Position numbers and translations under genes: made by a program
The notes under the pieces: model-generated
Databases searched by the model: none
Told to the model about the DNA's origin: nothing
What the model saw: only the letters and a program-made list of their open reading frames with translations
Part shown: in pieces, positions 8,559-18,400 of the stretch
Layout of the letters: every line of letters begins with the position of its first letter
Numbering within the stretch: position 1 is the stretch's first letter
Virus record (IMG/VR): IMGVR_UViG_3300021400_004456
Length of the DNA stretch: 64,000 nt
Reading direction: 5' to 3' (one strand)
From: a virus
Taxonomy: Duplodnaviria > Heunggongvirae > Uroviricota > Caudoviricetes

Positions 8559-10439
8559 ATGCGAAAAAAAACACTATTATTTTCAAGCTTTTTAATACCT
8601 CTTTTTCTTTTGACATCTTGTAATTTTAATGTGTTCGAACAAAATTTTATTACCGAAGAAACTAATGCTTCAAATATTGATATAAATCCACAAACCAACT
8701 TTGAAATAAAATATAGATTTGTTTATAATAATGAAATAATTAACACTTTTGTTCAAGAATTTGAACAAGAAATTGTATTAAAAAAAGCTGATATTCCGTT
8801 TGAACATTTATCTGAACAATATGAAATAGAAGATTGGTATTCTGATCAAGAATTGGCAACTTTATTTTCGGATACAATAGAGATTAAAACGAATTTAGAA
8901 ATTTTCATCAAATTGAATTTGAAACAAAAAGTAGAATGGAGTGTTTTATCTGCTCCAACTACAACATCTTCCGGTTATGTAGCAAAAAAAGAAGGTGCAA
9001 CTATTAAGTCGTACACTTTGCCTAAACTAAATGAAACTGATTATTTTGTATCTAAAGATGCTACGAATTGTAATGCTAGACAAATAATTACTTATAAAAT
9101 ATATATTGAAGGTAATCCTTTTACTTTTACGGCATTAGGAGAACAAAATTCACATTTATTTAATAATTTTGAAATAATAACAATTCCTACCGAAAACACT
9201 TTAGGAAAATATAGAAGATATTGTGCTAATTGTGATTTTTATGAAGATATTAATTTACCTTCTCTTAATAATTCCGATTATTTAGAAACAGAACTAAGTC
9301 AAAAAAGTTGTACAGAAGATGCAATTTCTAATTATACCTACTTAAATAATTTTGGATTAGACTATTATCCTTTATCCTTTAACTATATAAAAGAAAAAGC
9401 CGGTCATACATTAGAAAAGATTTCTGAAAGTGAAGAATATTATTTAAAATCTGATGGAACATTTTTCAAAGAAGCCGTTTATGTGTGTTCAAAGTGTAAT
9501 GAAGTTGTAAAAAAACAAGAAACTTATGTTCCGCCTAAATTATATGACTTACATTTTATATATTCCGATAAAAGAAATGATTCTACTTTTTTAAGTATTC
9601 CTGATAATAGAGAAATAGATTTTTCTAATTATTTAAATATGGAAGAAATTGAAGGAGTTTATATTGATTCGGCTTATACTCAAAAAGTGCCTCAACAAAT
9701 GTATTTAACTAATAATACTACTTTATATGTAAAAATCAGACGAACTTACAGTTCTGACAATCCGTTTGCTCCTACTGAAAATTATATTCCACAAGTTTAT
9801 GATTTTTCAAATCCATCGTTTAACTTTTATAATTTATCTTTAAATACTAAAACGACAGATATTCAAAATCATTATTCTTATTTTTCTTCTACTGGGGATA
9901 CAAATATAACTTCAACGATAGATGTTGAAACAGATAAAATTAAATTGTCTTTTAATACATTTAAAGAAATAGCTAAATCGTCAACTTTCTCTGGTTCTTA
10001 TTCTTCCGTTGATAATAGAACTATGAATGTTAATGGAAAACAATCTGCTAATTTTAAAGATTCTATGACAATAACGGTAAATAATAAATCTAAAATTATT
10101 GATGCAAATTGTCAAATATCTTTTAATGAAAATGCCGTTGGCTATGACACAGAAACAATTTCTTTAGCTTTAAATGGAACCGTTTATTATACTTTTGACT
10201 ATAAAGATAAGGACGACAATTCTTTTGTGGGTTATTTAAATTTAACTTTTACAACTGATGCCAAAACAGGTAAAATTGAAATTAAAGTTTCGGATTTTTC
10301 AATAAAAGCATCAATGTCAAATTTAGATACTTTTAATTGTCATTTAGAAAACAAACTAATTTCTACAACATCATATCAAGTTAATAATATTTTTGAGGAA
10401 GGATATGCTGAAACTTTCCTAAAATTAAATGTTAAATAA
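8559..10439 (+). CDS. large lipoprotein
   Basis: Signal peptide with lipobox LTSC. ACAGGAGG RBS before ATG 8559. The ORF-track 8505 start is upstream of the RBS and terminator. Confidence 0.6.
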   Translation: MRKKTLLFSSFLIPLFLLTSCNFNVFEQNFITEETNASNIDINPQTNFEIKYRFVYNNEIINTFVQEFEQEIVLKKADIPFEHLSEQYEIEDWYSDQELATLFSDTIEIKTNLEIFIKLNLKQKVEWSVLSAPTTTSSGYVAKKEGATIKSYTLPKLNETDYFVSKDATNCNARQIITYKIYIEGNPFTFTALGEQNSHLFNNFEIITIPTENTLGKYRRYCANCDFYEDINLPSLNNSDYLETELSQKSCTEDAISNYTYLNNFGLDYYPLSFNYIKEKAGHTLEKISESEEYYLKSDGTFFKEAVYVCSKCNEVVKKQETYVPPKLYDLHFIYSDKRNDSTFLSIPDNREIDFSNYLNMEEIEGVYIDSAYTQKVPQQMYLTNNTTLYVKIRRTYSSDNPFAPTENYIPQVYDFSNPSFNFYNLSLNTKTTDIQNHYSYFSSTGDTNITSTIDVETDKIKLSFNTFKEIAKSSTFSGSYSSVDNRTMNVNGKQSANFKDSMTITVNNKSKIIDANCQISFNENAVGYDTETISLALNGTVYYTFDYKDKDDNSFVGYLNLTFTTDAKTGKIEIKVSDFSIKASMSNLDTFNCHLENKLISTTSYQVNNIFEEGYAETFLKLNVK

Positions 10440-10453
10440 GGAGGCATTGAAAA

Positions 10454-11455
10454 ATGAAAAAGAAAATTTATAAATTTTTATCATTGCTTTTAGTTTTCAC
10501 TTTCTTTTTTTCTTTAACTTCTTGTTCACTATTTAATTTTGATGAAACTAAATCTGATATTCCATCAACTACTTTTATTAAAAATACAGATCCTGTTATA
10601 GATATTCCGACTACAGAAGATGGTGGATTATCTGAGGAAGAATTACAAATTAAAAAAGAAGAAATGGAGTTAAAACTTCAATATGAAGAACTAGTAGCTC
10701 AAAGAGATGAATTAAAACAACAATTAAAAGCTCTCGAAGAAAAATATCAAGTAAAGGTTTCTGCTATTGATGAATTAAGACAAAAAATTATAGAATTAGA
10801 AAATGAAATAGAAATTAACTTTTCTAATTTTACTTATTTAGAAAACGTTGTTTTAACTTCTTCTCTTTATATTAAGCATACATCTAAAAGAATTGAAAAT
10901 AGAACAACTATCATTTCTACCTCTCAAGGTTCGGGTTCTATTATAAAAGAAGATGGCGAATATTATTATTGCTTAACTAACAATCACGTAATTGCCGACG
11001 AAGTATTAGTTAGTGAAACATCTACCTCTGTTTATGATTTTTATGGCAACGAATATAAAGCTGAAATAATTATGGCATCGCCTTCTTATGATATGGCAAT
11101 TTTAAAAATCCAAAAAAAGCCAAATGTATCTTTAAATGTAATAAAATTTGCTAAAAACAATCCTGTAAAAGATGATATTGTTATTTCTATTGGTAATCCT
11201 TTAGGCTTAATCAATTCTATTCAATATGGTAAAGTTGTTAGATATTCATCAATATCATCAGTGGCTTATGATGTTATTTGCCATAGTGCAATTATAAAAC
11301 AAGGTTCTTCTGGTGGTATGCTTTTAAATAAAAATTTTGAAGTTATAGGTATAAATACTTGGGGACTTTCATCTGAAACTGAAAGCTATGGTGGAGCTTC
11401 CCCTGTTATGCAAATTTATACATTTTTAGATATGGTTGGAATAGAGGTGAACTAA
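10454..11455 (+). CDS. lipoprotein S1-family (trypsin-fold) serine protease with coiled-coil linker
   Basis: Lipobox LTSC. Catalytic motifs TNNHVIADE (His), D, and GSSGGML (Ser). GGAGG RBS. Confidence 0.65.
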   Translation: MKKKIYKFLSLLLVFTFFFSLTSCSLFNFDETKSDIPSTTFIKNTDPVIDIPTTEDGGLSEEELQIKKEEMELKLQYEELVAQRDELKQQLKALEEKYQVKVSAIDELRQKIIELENEIEINFSNFTYLENVVLTSSLYIKHTSKRIENRTTIISTSQGSGSIIKEDGEYYYCLTNNHVIADEVLVSETSTSVYDFYGNEYKAEIIMASPSYDMAILKIQKKPNVSLNVIKFAKNNPVKDDIVISIGNPLGLINSIQYGKVVRYSSISSVAYDVICHSAIIKQGSSGGMLLNKNFEVIGINTWGLSSETESYGGASPVMQIYTFLDMVGIEVN

Positions 11456-11456
11456 T

Positions 11457-12368
11457 ATGAAAAAGAAAATTATTTTTATCTTATCGTTATTTTCATTTAT
11501 TCTACTTTTTATTCCAGGAAAAGTTTATGCTGTAGATGAAACTGATTATAAAACCGATTATAGAGAATATTATCAAGATCAAATTGATATTGTTAGTAAA
11601 GAAATAGATAAACTTGAAAATCAAATTTCAAATTTAGAAAGTGAATTGAAATCACTTGATGCAATTTATCAAGAGCTTTCTCTTTATACTTTTAGCTATA
11701 CAATGGATGATTTAACTAATTGGTTTAATAAATGCAATGATGCTAAAAAATCAGTAGTTTCTATTACTAGGAAAGAATATAATGTTAATTTTGCTTTAAA
11801 AGAAACAACATCTGATTATAATTATTATAGTGGTGCAATTATAAAATATAATTCAAGTAAAAAATATTATTACGTTTTAACTACTTATGATACAACAAAA
11901 GAAAGTGGTTTATATTTTAAAACCGATTATATAATTACAGATGGCTATAACAATGAATATTCAGCTAGTATATATAATTCTAGTTCAAAATATAATTTAG
12001 CAATCTTATATTTTTCTTCTGGCGATAAAATTAGTGAATTAAATACTATAAATTTATCTCAAACTTCTATTCAGGGAAAACAAACAAATGAATTATTATG
12101 TAATCTTTATTACTTAGATGAAACTAAAATGTCTCATTTAAACTTTTCTAAGTTTTTAACTTACAAAACAGATGAAATCTATTCTTATCCTTATTTTGTT
12201 AGTAATATTGATAAAGAAAATGCTTTAGGCTCTATTGTTTTAGACTATTCTGGCCAAATGATAGGAATAACTGTTAAATCTTATTATATAGATGATATTT
12301 GTTATTCTTATAATATGGATGTTTCTAATGTCAATTCTTATTTAAAATCAATCTCATTTGTAATATAA
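11457..12368 (+). CDS. secreted protease-like protein, catalytically inactive paralog of 10454-11455
   Basis: Same architecture (signal peptide, coiled coil, trypsin-like core), but His is replaced (YYVLTTYD) and GxSGG is replaced (DYSGQ). Confidence 0.5.
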   Translation: MKKKIIFILSLFSFILLFIPGKVYAVDETDYKTDYREYYQDQIDIVSKEIDKLENQISNLESELKSLDAIYQELSLYTFSYTMDDLTNWFNKCNDAKKSVVSITRKEYNVNFALKETTSDYNYYSGAIIKYNSSKKYYYVLTTYDTTKESGLYFKTDYIITDGYNNEYSASIYNSSSKYNLAILYFSSGDKISELNTINLSQTSIQGKQTNELLCNLYYLDETKMSHLNFSKFLTYKTDEIYSYPYFVSNIDKENALGSIVLDYSGQMIGITVKSYYIDDICYSYNMDVSNVNSYLKSISFVI

Positions 12369-12421
12369 TTTTTCTAAAACATAATCAAGATTGTTAAAGT
12401 TAATAACTGGAGGAAATTAAT

Positions 12422-12877
12422 ATGGATAAAATTTATGAATTAAAGAAAGATTATGGTTTAAATGAAGAAGAAATTAAGAATTTAACCATTAATGAAAAAA
12501 GAGCCATTATGGAGGTTGAAGACATCTTTGAAAGAGCAACTAACAAAGCTTTTGCAAAGGCACTTTTCAATATTATTCAAGGCGCAGTTCCAGCTTATAG
12601 TCTACAATCAGAAGTATTAAATAGAATTAATTATTCTTATAGTGAAGGTGAAACTTGTACAATTAAAGAGTTAGCTGAATTAGGGGCTAATAATTTATAT
12701 ATAAAAGTTTCTGATGATATAACTCTTAATATTTATGATGAAGATTATAGTGAATTATCAAAATATAATTTAACTCCTGAAACAGAAGTTGTAATTGACG
12801 AAATTCCTGATACTGATGAAGGATTTACTGTTATTTATGCTAATTTAATTGATGGAGATGAGGAGGACGCTGAATAA
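12422..12877 (+). CDS. hypothetical acidic protein
   Basis: 151 aa with acidic C-terminus. GGAGG RBS. Confidence 0.5.
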   Translation: MDKIYELKKDYGLNEEEIKNLTINEKRAIMEVEDIFERATNKAFAKALFNIIQGAVPAYSLQSEVLNRINYSYSEGETCTIKELAELGANNLYIKVSDDITLNIYDEDYSELSKYNLTPETEVVIDEIPDTDEGFTVIYANLIDGDEEDAE

Positions 12878-12878
12878 T

Positions 12879-13052
12879 ATGTTTGAGAATACATTACGAA
12901 ATAAAAAGAAGTCAAATAAATGGGATGAACCTGCATTTGATACTTCTAATATGACACCTGCCGAAAGATTTTTCTGCCCTACTAGATTAGAGTATGAAAT
13001 TGCATCTGAAATGGTCGATGATGATTTAGAAAGAAGTAAAGGAAGCTACTAA
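12879..13052 (+). CDS. small hypothetical protein
   Basis: GAGGAGGA RBS before ATG 12879 (the ORF-track 12849 start overlaps the upstream gene). Terminator hairpin overlaps the stop. Confidence 0.4.
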   Translation: MFENTLRNKKKSNKWDEPAFDTSNMTPAERFFCPTRLEYEIASEMVDDDLERSKGSY

Positions 13053-13066
13053 AAGCTTCCTTTTTT
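13041..13066 (+). terminator. Rho-independent terminator
   Basis: Stem ggaagct/agcttcc followed by tttttt. Confidence 0.6.
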
Positions 13067-13108
13067 GCTATTTATAAAACATAAAATATATAAAAAGGAG
13101 CGTTTAAT

Positions 13109-14107
13109 ATGTGGACTACATTAAAGATAAAATGGGCATTACTTTCTAAAACAATTAAATTTTTTATTTTATTTTTATTGTTTACTATTATTGGCGGAAC
13201 TGTTTTAACGATAGTTTTAGTTAATAATATTAAAACTCCTGAAAAAACTTTAACTCCTGAGGAAAAAATTTCTTACTTTGAAGCGAATAATGAAGCCTTT
13301 ATTCAAACAAATTACAACTTAGAAGAAACTACAATATCTTTTTCTATAAAAAATAATGAAGGCTCTAAATTTCCTTTATTAAAAGGTCGTTATGTAATTT
13401 TTAAAGATGATTCAAATTTAGAAATTGAAGACACTGATTTTTCTTTAATTCCAGCTAATGATTATTTTTTCAAGAGTAGTTATCAAATAGATAACGATAC
13501 ATCTAAATATCAAATAAGATTTATTATTAAATATGAAGAACCTTCTACACTTTACTCTACACTTTGCGCTTATGAATCCCAAAAGTTTTTCATTAAAGAA
13601 CCTGTTGTAGAAAAGGCTAAAGCTCCTGCATTATTAGGAGACTATATGAACAAACTTGGTGATGAAGCTTATGCTACCACTTATTCTTGTTATCAATTAG
13701 AAGATCAAAAATGGCTATTGTTAGTACTTCAATGTAATAGAATTCCTACATTGACGGCTCAATACTATGTAGGTTCTAATGTTGAATGGACTGCTGTTTA
13801 TAATATTACTCAAACTGATGTAACTAACGAAAATGCCTTCCCTAGCGCTGATGATAGTGAAGGACAGCCAACTCCTTATATATGGAAGGGTTTATCTGGA
13901 AGATTAACAAAAGACTCAAAAAAATATACATTAAAAAATGGTGCTAAATTTGAAAATGGCAAATTCATATTAGGTGCAACCACATCTGAATTTGATTTAG
14001 ATTTTAACATTACTTCTAGAGATACTATGAATAATTTTATAAATGCAATTAAAAAAGCATATTATATTTCTTTACAAAACAAAGATATTTATAAAGCTAA
14101 AAATTAA
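13109..14107 (+). CDS. membrane-anchored protein
   Basis: N-terminal TM/signal-anchor. AAAGGAG RBS. Confidence 0.5.
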   Translation: MWTTLKIKWALLSKTIKFFILFLLFTIIGGTVLTIVLVNNIKTPEKTLTPEEKISYFEANNEAFIQTNYNLEETTISFSIKNNEGSKFPLLKGRYVIFKDDSNLEIEDTDFSLIPANDYFFKSSYQIDNDTSKYQIRFIIKYEEPSTLYSTLCAYESQKFFIKEPVVEKAKAPALLGDYMNKLGDEAYATTYSCYQLEDQKWLLLVLQCNRIPTLTAQYYVGSNVEWTAVYNITQTDVTNENAFPSADDSEGQPTPYIWKGLSGRLTKDSKKYTLKNGAKFENGKFILGATTSEFDLDFNITSRDTMNNFINAIKKAYYISLQNKDIYKAKN

Positions 14108-14108
14108 A

Positions 14109-14119
14109 TTAAAACATAA
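14109..14119 (+). promoter_or_regulatory. class-B motif
   Basis: ttaaaacataa, 35 nt before ATG 14154. Confidence 0.5.
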
Positions 14120-14153
14120 TAACAATGGACTTATTTTTATAGGAGGAATTGAT

Positions 14154-14768
14154 ATGAAGAGCAAAATGATTTTACTTGTTGGAAAATGTGCTGTAGGCAA
14201 AACAACATTTGAAACAGCAATTAGATATGATGATGGTATTCCCGTTAATAATATAATGTCATTAACTACTCGACCTATGAGAGCTAATGAAAAACAAGGA
14301 GTAGATTATCATTTTGTTTCCAACGAAGAATTTGATAAAATTATAGAAGAACAAAAGCCTTATGAGCAAACGGCTTATACAGTTAATGGTGAGTTATATA
14401 GATATGCTCTTGTCCCATCTGCTATTTCAGATGATAAAGTTAATATTGCTGTAGTTAATCCACACGGATTAAAACAATTAATGAAAACTGATTTAAAAGA
14501 TAGAATTATAGTTATTCATATAACGTCAACCACACAAGAAAGAATTGAAAGATATTTGTCTCGTGAAGATTTAACTGATACTAATGTTTATAAGCGATTA
14601 GTTGAACGCATTGTTCAAGATGAAAAAGATTTTGGTTCTTTAGATGACTTTGTAGAAAAACTTTGTAAAGAAAATGGCATTGAATACATTAATTATGTTA
14701 ACTCTAACGTTTTGAATGTGAAAGATGCTATTAATAACTTTAAAAGTTTATTTTGTCAATTTTTATAA
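14154..14768 (+). CDS. gmk: guanylate kinase-like nucleoside monophosphate kinase
   Basis: P-loop GKCAVGKTT. The segment TTRPMRANEKQGVDYHFVSNEEF..NGELYRYAL matches the guanylate kinase signature (TTRxxRxGExDGxDYxFVSxEEF..YGT). AGGAGG RBS before ATG 14154. Confidence 0.65.
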   Translation: MKSKMILLVGKCAVGKTTFETAIRYDDGIPVNNIMSLTTRPMRANEKQGVDYHFVSNEEFDKIIEEQKPYEQTAYTVNGELYRYALVPSAISDDKVNIAVVNPHGLKQLMKTDLKDRIIVIHITSTTQERIERYLSREDLTDTNVYKRLVERIVQDEKDFGSLDDFVEKLCKENGIEYINYVNSNVLNVKDAINNFKSLFCQFL

Positions 14769-14769
14769 A

Positions 14770-14798
14770 AAGAGAGCTTAACGTTCTCTTTTTTCTTT
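14770..14798 (+). terminator. Rho-independent terminator
   Basis: Stem agagagc/gttctct followed by tttttctttt. Confidence 0.5.
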
Positions 14799-14866
14799 TG
14801 TCTCGAATAAAAAAATGTGGGGGAAAAACAGGATTAAAAACCTTTTTAACACATTTTTTGTCATTT

Positions 14867-14877
14867 TTAAAACATAA
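14867..14877 (+). promoter_or_regulatory. class-B motif
   Basis: ttaaaacataa, 33 nt before ATG 14910. Confidence 0.5.
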
Positions 14878-14909
14878 TTGTATTGTGATCATAAGAAAGG
14901 AGAATTTAA

Positions 14910-15761
14910 ATGAAATATTCAATTTTACAATTGGAAAAGAAGAGAAAACAAAGCAGAAATTTAATTATCGTTTTAGATATTCTTTCTTTATTTTTTTTAT
15001 TTGTAGGCTTTACTTTTTTACTGATTTCACATATTTTTAAAGATTATAGTTTAGCTTTTATAAGTTTTGGTCTTTATTTGTTTGGAGCTTTAATTTTAGG
15101 CTATGCTTTTATAACTTCACTTATAATAAAAAAAGAAATAACTTCTCAAAAACTTTTTGAAAGTATTTTAAAAACTAGTTTTCCTGACGGTACTTTTGAA
15201 GAGGTAAATAAACTATCATTTGGCGATTTTAGAAAAATGAAAATTCTTGGTGATTTCAATTTTTTAAATAGTCAAATTAATTTCGGTTATAACAATGATG
15301 ATGAAACACTTAAATTTTGTGATATAGAACTTAAAAATACTAATACCGAAAAAGAAGTTTTTAAAGGACTAGCAATTGAATTTTCTAACAAGAAATCAAA
15401 ATCAATAGATAACTCTACTAAAATTTTAATCAAAACCCCTAATTTTAAGGCTGTAAAACAAAAAGCTTTAAAAGAAAAAATAATTGATACTTTGAATTTT
15501 GGTAATACCTTTATCACTTACGCAAATGATGAAAAAAGTTTAGATTTAATTGATGATGAATTCAAAAAAAGAATTTTAAAAATTTATTCAATTGTTCAAA
15601 AAGAAATGGTTTTTTACTTCTATGAAAATAAATTTGTTTTATTAATATCTGATTATTCTTTTTCTAAGATCAAAACTAAGTATAACATTTCAGACCCTTT
15701 ACAACATTTATACGAGAATATTTATTGTGTTATAGATTTTATTAAAGACTTAAACACCTAA
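14910..15761 (+). CDS. membrane protein
   Basis: Two N-terminal TM helices. AAAGGAG RBS. The coding sequence ends ..tta aac acc taa, which reproduces the class-A motif. Confidence 0.5.
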   Translation: MKYSILQLEKKRKQSRNLIIVLDILSLFFLFVGFTFLLISHIFKDYSLAFISFGLYLFGALILGYAFITSLIIKKEITSQKLFESILKTSFPDGTFEEVNKLSFGDFRKMKILGDFNFLNSQINFGYNNDDETLKFCDIELKNTNTEKEVFKGLAIEFSNKKSKSIDNSTKILIKTPNFKAVKQKALKEKIIDTLNFGNTFITYANDEKSLDLIDDEFKKRILKIYSIVQKEMVFYFYENKFVLLISDYSFSKIKTKYNISDPLQHLYENIYCVIDFIKDLNT

Positions 15762-15762
15762 T
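15751..15762 (+). promoter_or_regulatory. class-A-like motif embedded in the last codons of CDS 14910-15761, immediately followed by a class-B motif (15763-15773)
   Basis: taaacacctaat. Confidence 0.3.
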
Positions 15763-15807
15763 TAAAACATAAAGCATTTTGCAAGAGTTGTGAAAATAAA
15801 AGAATAT

Positions 15808-15834
15808 GAGCTCCTTGTGGAGCTTTGTTTTATT
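15808..15834 (+). terminator. Rho-independent terminator
   Basis: Stem gagctcc/ggagctt followed by a T-rich tail. Confidence 0.5.
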
Positions 15835-15852
15835 AATTTGAGGTGACTTTAA

Positions 15853-17091
15853 ATGAAATTTAAAAATATATTATTATCTGGCTTTGCATTAACTACTTCA
15901 TTGCTTACTTTGGTATCCTGTGGTGAAAAAAATATTGATGATGCTAATTTAATTACTGATGAACCAACAGAAGTTCAGCCGATTAGAAATACCGATAATG
16001 AAATAGTAGATGATGTTGATAATCCTATAAATAACAATGAAAACATTTTCGTTAACAAACATATCCCAAACATTACTTTAGCAACAGATGAAGATAAAAC
16101 AGATCATTCAAACGTTGAACAATCTTTAATAAACGTTTCTAATTTTGCCGAATATTCTTGTGTTCAAGTAATAATTGAAGATGAAAATAACGAATCGACG
16201 GGTTGGGGCTCCGGTGTAATTTATGCTTTCGAAAATGAAGAAACCTACTATGTTTTAACTAACACTCACGTAGTCAAAAACTCAAATAATTTTTCAATTA
16301 AAACTGCTTATGAAACAGTAGATGCCCAATTAATTGGTTATTCGAATTTATATGATGTAGGTTTTTTAAAATTTACATCCGATAAAACCTATAACCTTAC
16401 AAAATTCACGACAGATGTAACTAAGGCATCTTATTGTGTTGCAGTAGGAACTCCATTAAAAAATCAATTCTTCAATTATAATACAGTAGGAAATGTTTCT
16501 TGGTATGATGAAGATAGTATTTATCATACAGCTTCTATTAATTCGGGTAATTCCGGTGGTGGCTTATATAACTTAGATGGTATTTGCCTTGGGCTAGATA
16601 ATCTGAAAGAATCAGGAACAACAACATTGAGTGGTACTTTTATTGAGGACGTTTATCACGCTGTTTCAACAAATGCAATTATTAAAGCTGTAAACGAATT
16701 AACAGCTCCTAAATTAGGCATTACTTCAATTGAAATTTCTTCTGTTGTATCTATTGCAACTGAATTTGAAACTTATGATTTATATGAAGCTTATTTAAGA
16801 CAATATCAAGCCGAACCTATTTCAAAGGAGAGGTTTGATTTCTATAAAAAATTTGTTAAAAATCATCCTGATATTACAGCAGGCGAATTAATTGAAAATG
16901 TAGCCGAAAATACAAATTCCTATAATTTAATTCAAAAAGGAGATATTTTATTAAAAGTAGATGATATAGAAATTTCTTCTATTTCAACCGTGAGAAGTGT
17001 TTTAGCAACTAAAAAGCTTGGAGACACTATTACATTTGAAGTTTTAAGAAATGACAAAACTATTACTGTTTCAGTTCCTTTAAATAAATAA
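15853..17091 (+). CDS. HtrA-like lipoprotein serine protease with C-terminal PDZ-like domain
   Basis: Lipobox LVSC. Trypsin-fold motifs TNTHVV (His) and GNSGGGLY (Ser). C-terminal PDZ-like segment (GDILLKVDD..ITFEVLRNDK). AGGTGA RBS. Confidence 0.65.
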   Translation: MKFKNILLSGFALTTSLLTLVSCGEKNIDDANLITDEPTEVQPIRNTDNEIVDDVDNPINNNENIFVNKHIPNITLATDEDKTDHSNVEQSLINVSNFAEYSCVQVIIEDENNESTGWGSGVIYAFENEETYYVLTNTHVVKNSNNFSIKTAYETVDAQLIGYSNLYDVGFLKFTSDKTYNLTKFTTDVTKASYCVAVGTPLKNQFFNYNTVGNVSWYDEDSIYHTASINSGNSGGGLYNLDGICLGLDNLKESGTTTLSGTFIEDVYHAVSTNAIIKAVNELTAPKLGITSIEISSVVSIATEFETYDLYEAYLRQYQAEPISKERFDFYKKFVKNHPDITAGELIENVAENTNSYNLIQKGDILLKVDDIEISSISTVRSVLATKKLGDTITFEVLRNDKTITVSVPLNK

Positions 17092-17104
17092 TTTATAAAA
17101 ACAG

Positions 17105-17135
17105 GTCTTTTTCTTAAATGAAAAAGACTTTTTTC
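17105..17135 (+). terminator. Rho-independent terminator
   Basis: Stem gtctttttc/gaaaaagac followed by tttttt. Confidence 0.7.
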
Positions 17136-17140
17136 TGTAT

Positions 17141-17151
17141 CAAAACATAAA
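17141..17151 (+). promoter_or_regulatory. class-B motif (first of two in tandem, flanking an 18-bp palindrome)
   Basis: caaaacataaa; a second copy lies at 17207-17217, before the sigma-like gene. Confidence 0.45.
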
Positions 17152-17157
17152 AATAAA

Positions 17158-17175
17158 GTATAATTTAAATTATAC
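17158..17175. promoter_or_regulatory. perfect 18-bp palindrome GTATAATTTAAATTATAC (candidate operator / contains TATAAT)
   Basis: Self-complementary 18-mer located between the two class-B motifs upstream of the sigma-like gene. Confidence 0.35.
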
Positions 17176-17250
17176 CCCTTTAATTAATTCTTTTTCATTT
17201 TTTCTTTAAAACATAAAAATGTCGATATAAAAAAATATGGAGGAAATGTG

Positions 17251-18321
17251 ATGAAAAATACCAATGAAAAAGAATATATAGAAAATGAAGCTGAAGATAT
17301 TGAAACTGAAAATAAAAATGAACAGCTTGATAGTAACGATCCTCGTTATTTAAAGTTAAAACAACGTTCATATAATTTTTTAGTTAATACTATCGAAAAC
17401 TTAAAGATTTCTTCTCGTAAAGACGAAAATGCATCAAAGATTGAAATGTTAGAATTAACACGCAAATTGTTTGATGCGAGAGATTCTGGCGACAAAAATG
17501 CTATTTATAAAGCAACTGAAAATTTGTTAATGTGCAAATATTTCTCTGCTTTTATAAACGATCAAGCTATTAAGTGCCGTCAAATCAAGAAGGACGGGAC
17601 TAATTCCACGGTTTCAATTCAAGATTTTAAGTCTGAAATTTATTTAACTTGCTGGACTTGGCTTAAAAAATATACTGGTGTAACAGATTCCGGATATTTT
17701 TGTAGTCCTATCACTTTCGTAACTTATCCAATTTTAGAATCTTGTAGACAATTGGATAATAGCTTAGGACATCCTATCACTATTAAGTCTAATGCTACTC
17801 GTGTTTCAAAATTCTATAAGAAGATTGGAGAAAGCCTTGATAGTGCATTTGAAAGAGCACTTTTAAGTTATAAGAGAACTCTTGAAGCTAAATTTTCTAA
17901 GGAAACTAAGAATTATATTTCATTAGATTCAACAGTATCTGATACTAATAATCGTTCTTATGGAGAGGTTATTGGAGATACAGTTGCTGATACAATTTCA
18001 GATAATAATAAGACAGACATTTTTGCTAGAATGCAACAAGAAGAAATGATTCAAATTTTAACTAAAGACTTTAGTGAAAAAGAATGTATGATTTTTAAAT
18101 CTTGTTTCTTTGATGGCGGTTTATATATACCTGAGTCTGAAAAACAAAAAACAATGACTGCCGAAGAAGTAAATAAGGCCATTCGTCCAAAATACACTCT
18201 TTTGGAAAGCGAATTAGGCATTTCAAAATCTGATATTAAAACGACTTATACTAACTTAATCAAGAAGATTAAGAATGATCCGTATAAAATGGAATATTTA
18301 AATTCTTTAAGAAAGCACTAA
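17251..18321 (+). CDS. possible divergent sigma-70-family factor
   Basis: The C-terminal HTH (MTAEEVNKAIRPKYTLLESELGISKSDIKTTYTNLIKKIK) resembles sigma region 4, and a central aromatic-rich segment resembles region 2. The assignment is tentative. GGAGG RBS before ATG 17251. Confidence 0.4.
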   Translation: MKNTNEKEYIENEAEDIETENKNEQLDSNDPRYLKLKQRSYNFLVNTIENLKISSRKDENASKIEMLELTRKLFDARDSGDKNAIYKATENLLMCKYFSAFINDQAIKCRQIKKDGTNSTVSIQDFKSEIYLTCWTWLKKYTGVTDSGYFCSPITFVTYPILESCRQLDNSLGHPITIKSNATRVSKFYKKIGESLDSAFERALLSYKRTLEAKFSKETKNYISLDSTVSDTNNRSYGEVIGDTVADTISDNNKTDIFARMQQEEMIQILTKDFSEKECMIFKSCFFDGGLYIPESEKQKTMTAEEVNKAIRPKYTLLESELGISKSDIKTTYTNLIKKIKNDPYKMEYLNSLRKH

Positions 18322-18360
18322 ACGTTAAGGGGAAATTTTAATTTCCTCTTTTTCTTTTAT

Positions 18361-18373
18361 AAACACCTAATAT
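18361..18373 (+). promoter_or_regulatory. class-A motif
   Basis: aaacacctaatat, 28 nt before ATG 18401. Confidence 0.5.
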
Positions 18374-18400
18374 TTTTAATTTAAAAAGGAGATTTTGCCA

